Below, in pieces: positions 17,667-19,226 of a DNA stretch of 19,226 nucleotides. Each line of letters starts with the position of its first letter. Position 1 is the stretch's first letter. The notes under the pieces were generated by a model. That model was not told the DNA's origin. It did no database searches and worked only from the letters and a program-made list of their open reading frames with translations. Location: IMG/VR virus record IMGVR_UViG_2778261168_000002, positions 1 to 19,226 of that record. One strand, written 5' to 3'. The position numbers were made by a program, and so were the translations under genes. This DNA comes from a virus (Duplodnaviria; Heunggongvirae; Uroviricota; Caudoviricetes).

Positions 17667-18062
17667 GTGGGATTAAAGAAAATCGTTATGTTGACTTTTT
17701 GGGTCGGTTTTGTTGCGGGATGCACACCTTTACACCCTTCAGATTGCCACAAAACTACTGCTACAGGTAGTTGCAGTTCAGGACGCTGGGATGATCAGGA
17801 TGAATGGGGGGCGCAAGCGCGGGGAATCAGAGCTGCAATTAATGCCAAACTTGATGAGCCGCATAACTGGAAAGGGAAAAAATGCAGGTTGCATATGGAA
17901 TTCTCTCAGGATGGCACGGCGTTAAAAATATCTACCAGTAACGGTGATAAAGCCTATTGCGAAGCGATAAAGTCCGCAGCTCATAAAGCCAAATTTCCGG
18001 CCTTCAACAATCCGGAAGTCTACAGAGATTTTCAGAAATCTGGCTTTGACATGCGAGGTTAG
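17667..18062 (+). CDS. Second lipoprotein with divergent TolA-III-like C-terminal domain (131 aa; GTG start)
   Basis: Lipobox VAGC; GAGGAG 6 nt upstream of GTG at 17667; C-terminus KCRLHMEFSQDGTALKI...YCEAIKSAAHKAKFPAFNNPEVYRDFQKSGFDMRG is paralogous to the upstream protein. Confidence 0.7.
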   Translation: MGLKKIVMLTFWVGFVAGCTPLHPSDCHKTTATGSCSSGRWDDQDEWGAQARGIRAAINAKLDEPHNWKGKKCRLHMEFSQDGTALKISTSNGDKAYCEAIKSAAHKAKFPAFNNPEVYRDFQKSGFDMRG

Positions 18063-18187
18063 CTCTTCAATTACTATATCTCATTCATAGCAAACTGACA
18101 GATTTGATGATGTTCTATATACGAAACCTGTGATGTCAAGTCTGAGCTAATACAAATAAACATAATATCAGAGAAATACATTTTATT

Positions 18188-18212
18188 AGCTCGCTACGGC
18201 GAGCTTTTTATA
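18188..18212 (+). terminator. Hairpin AGCTCGC-tacg-GCGAGCT plus T-run downstream of the lipoprotein pair
   Basis: Read directly from the sequence. Confidence 0.45.
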
Positions 18213-18313
18213 TTGCATCGTCTCCAGCATATATATCAATTAAGGCTCTGATTGATGTGTCTGAAAGCCTACACATAATAACTATGCCATCCGTTCCGTG
18301 CGGAGGTGAGGCT

Positions 18314-18529
18314 ATGAAATCCATGGACAAAATTTCAACAGGCATTGCCTACGGCACCTCCGCAGGCAGTGCTGGCTACTGGTTTTTACAGTTGCTCGAT
18401 AGAGTAACTCCGTCACAGTGGGCTGCAATCGGTGTGCTGGGTAGTCTGGTATTTGGCCTGCTGACGTACCTGACAAACCTTTATTTCAAGATTAAAGAAG
18501 ATAAGCGCAAGGCTGCGAGAGGTGAATAA
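18314..18529 (+). CDS. Phage-21-type class II holin (pinholin S21-like, 71 aa from [10 protein letters not shown]; dual-start motif)
   Basis: Matches recalled S21; GGAGGTGAG Shine-Dalgarno; ORF track extends upstream from a GTG. Confidence 0.8.
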   Translation: MKSMDKISTGIAYGTSAGSAGYWFLQLLDRVTPSQWAAIGVLGSLVFGLLTYLTNLYFKIKEDKRKAARGE

Positions 18530-19026
18530 TGCCTCCATCATTACGAAAAGTCGTTGCTGCTGCTATTGGTGGCGGAGCAATTGCTATAGCATCAGTGTTA
18601 ATCACTGGCCCAAGTGGTAACGATGGTCTGGAAGGTGTCAGCTACATACCATACAAAGATATTGTTGGTGTATGGACTGTATGTCACGGGCATACAGGAA
18701 AAGACATCATGCTCGGTAAAACGTATACCAAAGCAGAATGCAAAACACTCTTGAATAAAGACCTTGCCACTGTCGCCAGACAAATTAACCCGTACATCAA
18801 AGTCGATATACCGGAAACAACGCGCGGCGCTCTTTACTCATTCGTTTACAACGTGGGTGCTGGCAATTTCAGAACATCGACGCTTCTTCGCAAAATAAAC
18901 CAGGGCGATATCAAAGGCGCATGTGATCAGCTACGTCGCTGGACATATGCTGGCGGTAAGCAATGGAAAGGTCTCATGACTCGTCGTGAGATTGAGCGTG
19001 AAATCTGTTTGTGGGGTCAGCAATGA
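18529..19026 (+). CDS. SAR endolysin (R21-like lysozyme, 165 aa) with N-terminal signal-anchor-release segment
   Basis: Gly/Ala-rich hydrophobic N-terminus [20 protein letters not shown] followed by a lysozyme-like domain; start overlaps the holin stop (TAATG). Confidence 0.85.
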   Translation: MPPSLRKVVAAAIGGGAIAIASVLITGPSGNDGLEGVSYIPYKDIVGVWTVCHGHTGKDIMLGKTYTKAECKTLLNKDLATVARQINPYIKVDIPETTRGALYSFVYNVGAGNFRTSTLLRKINQGDIKGACDQLRRWTYAGGKQWKGLMTRREIEREICLWGQQ

Positions 19027-19226
19027 ACAGAGTAACCGCGATTATCTCCGCTCTGGTTATCTGCATCATCGTCTGCCTGTCATGGGCTGTTAATCATTAC
19101 CGTGATAACGCCATTACCTACAAAGCCCAGCGCGACAAAAATGCCAGAGAACTGAAGCTGGCGAACGCGGCAATTACTGACATGCAGATGCGTCAGCGTG
19201 ATGTTGCTGCGCTCGATGCAAAATGA
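19023..19226 (+). CDS. Rz-like i-spanin, only 67 aa before an in-frame TGA at the window edge (possibly truncated)
   Basis: [67 protein letters not shown] matches the N-terminal part of lambda-type Rz (about 153 aa); ATGA overlap with the endolysin stop. Confidence 0.6.
   Translation: MNRVTAIISALVICIIVCLSWAVNHYRDNAITYKAQRDKNARELKLANAAITDMQMRQRDVAALDAK

Larger units (their letters stand above)
1..19226. mobile_element. Rac-like lambdoid prophage segment (integrase through lysis cassette); attL and the late/structural region lie outside the window
   Basis: Gene order int-xis-ydaC-ralR-recT-recE-racC-ydaE-kilR-sieB-ydaF-ydaG-racR-ydaS-ydaT-ydaU-ydaV matches the Rac prophage; Q-like gene, tR' and holin/endolysin/Rz follow. 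Confidence 0.85.

Overview
This window is the early-to-late portion of a Rac-like lambdoid prophage of an enterobacterium (E. coli-like). From left to right it shows: a leftward integration/recombination operon (int, xis, ydaC, ralR, recT, recE, racC, ydaE, kilR), a rightward sieB, leftward ydaF/ydaG, the repressor racR flanked by divergent promoters, the rightward ydaS-ydaT-ydaU-ydaV(DnaC-like)-ydaW-like replication block, a nin-like block ending in a Q-type antiterminator with a tR'-like terminator, and a phage-21-type lysis cassette (pinholin, SAR endolysin, short Rz). Unlike the cryptic K-12 Rac element, the region beyond ydaW is present here. Three accessory insertions stand out. (1) An AT-rich cargo at 11440-13900 encodes a 689-aa protein with an N-terminal P-loop NTPase and a C-terminal PD-(D/E)xK-like nuclease motif, with its own promoter region and terminator, next to a 5'-truncated hok toxin remnant; this is my best candidate for an undescribed single-gene anti-phage or abortive-infection system. 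(2) Two tandem lipoprotein genes carrying TolA C-terminal (domain III)-like domains sit in the Q-to-holin moron slot, with an autonomous sigma70-like promoter. (3) A degenerate 9-bp tandem array (GTATTGTTT, about 10 copies) lies upstream of the nin-like genes. All calls rest on reading the sequence and the supplied ORF track plus recalled family knowledge; no database search or computation was run.
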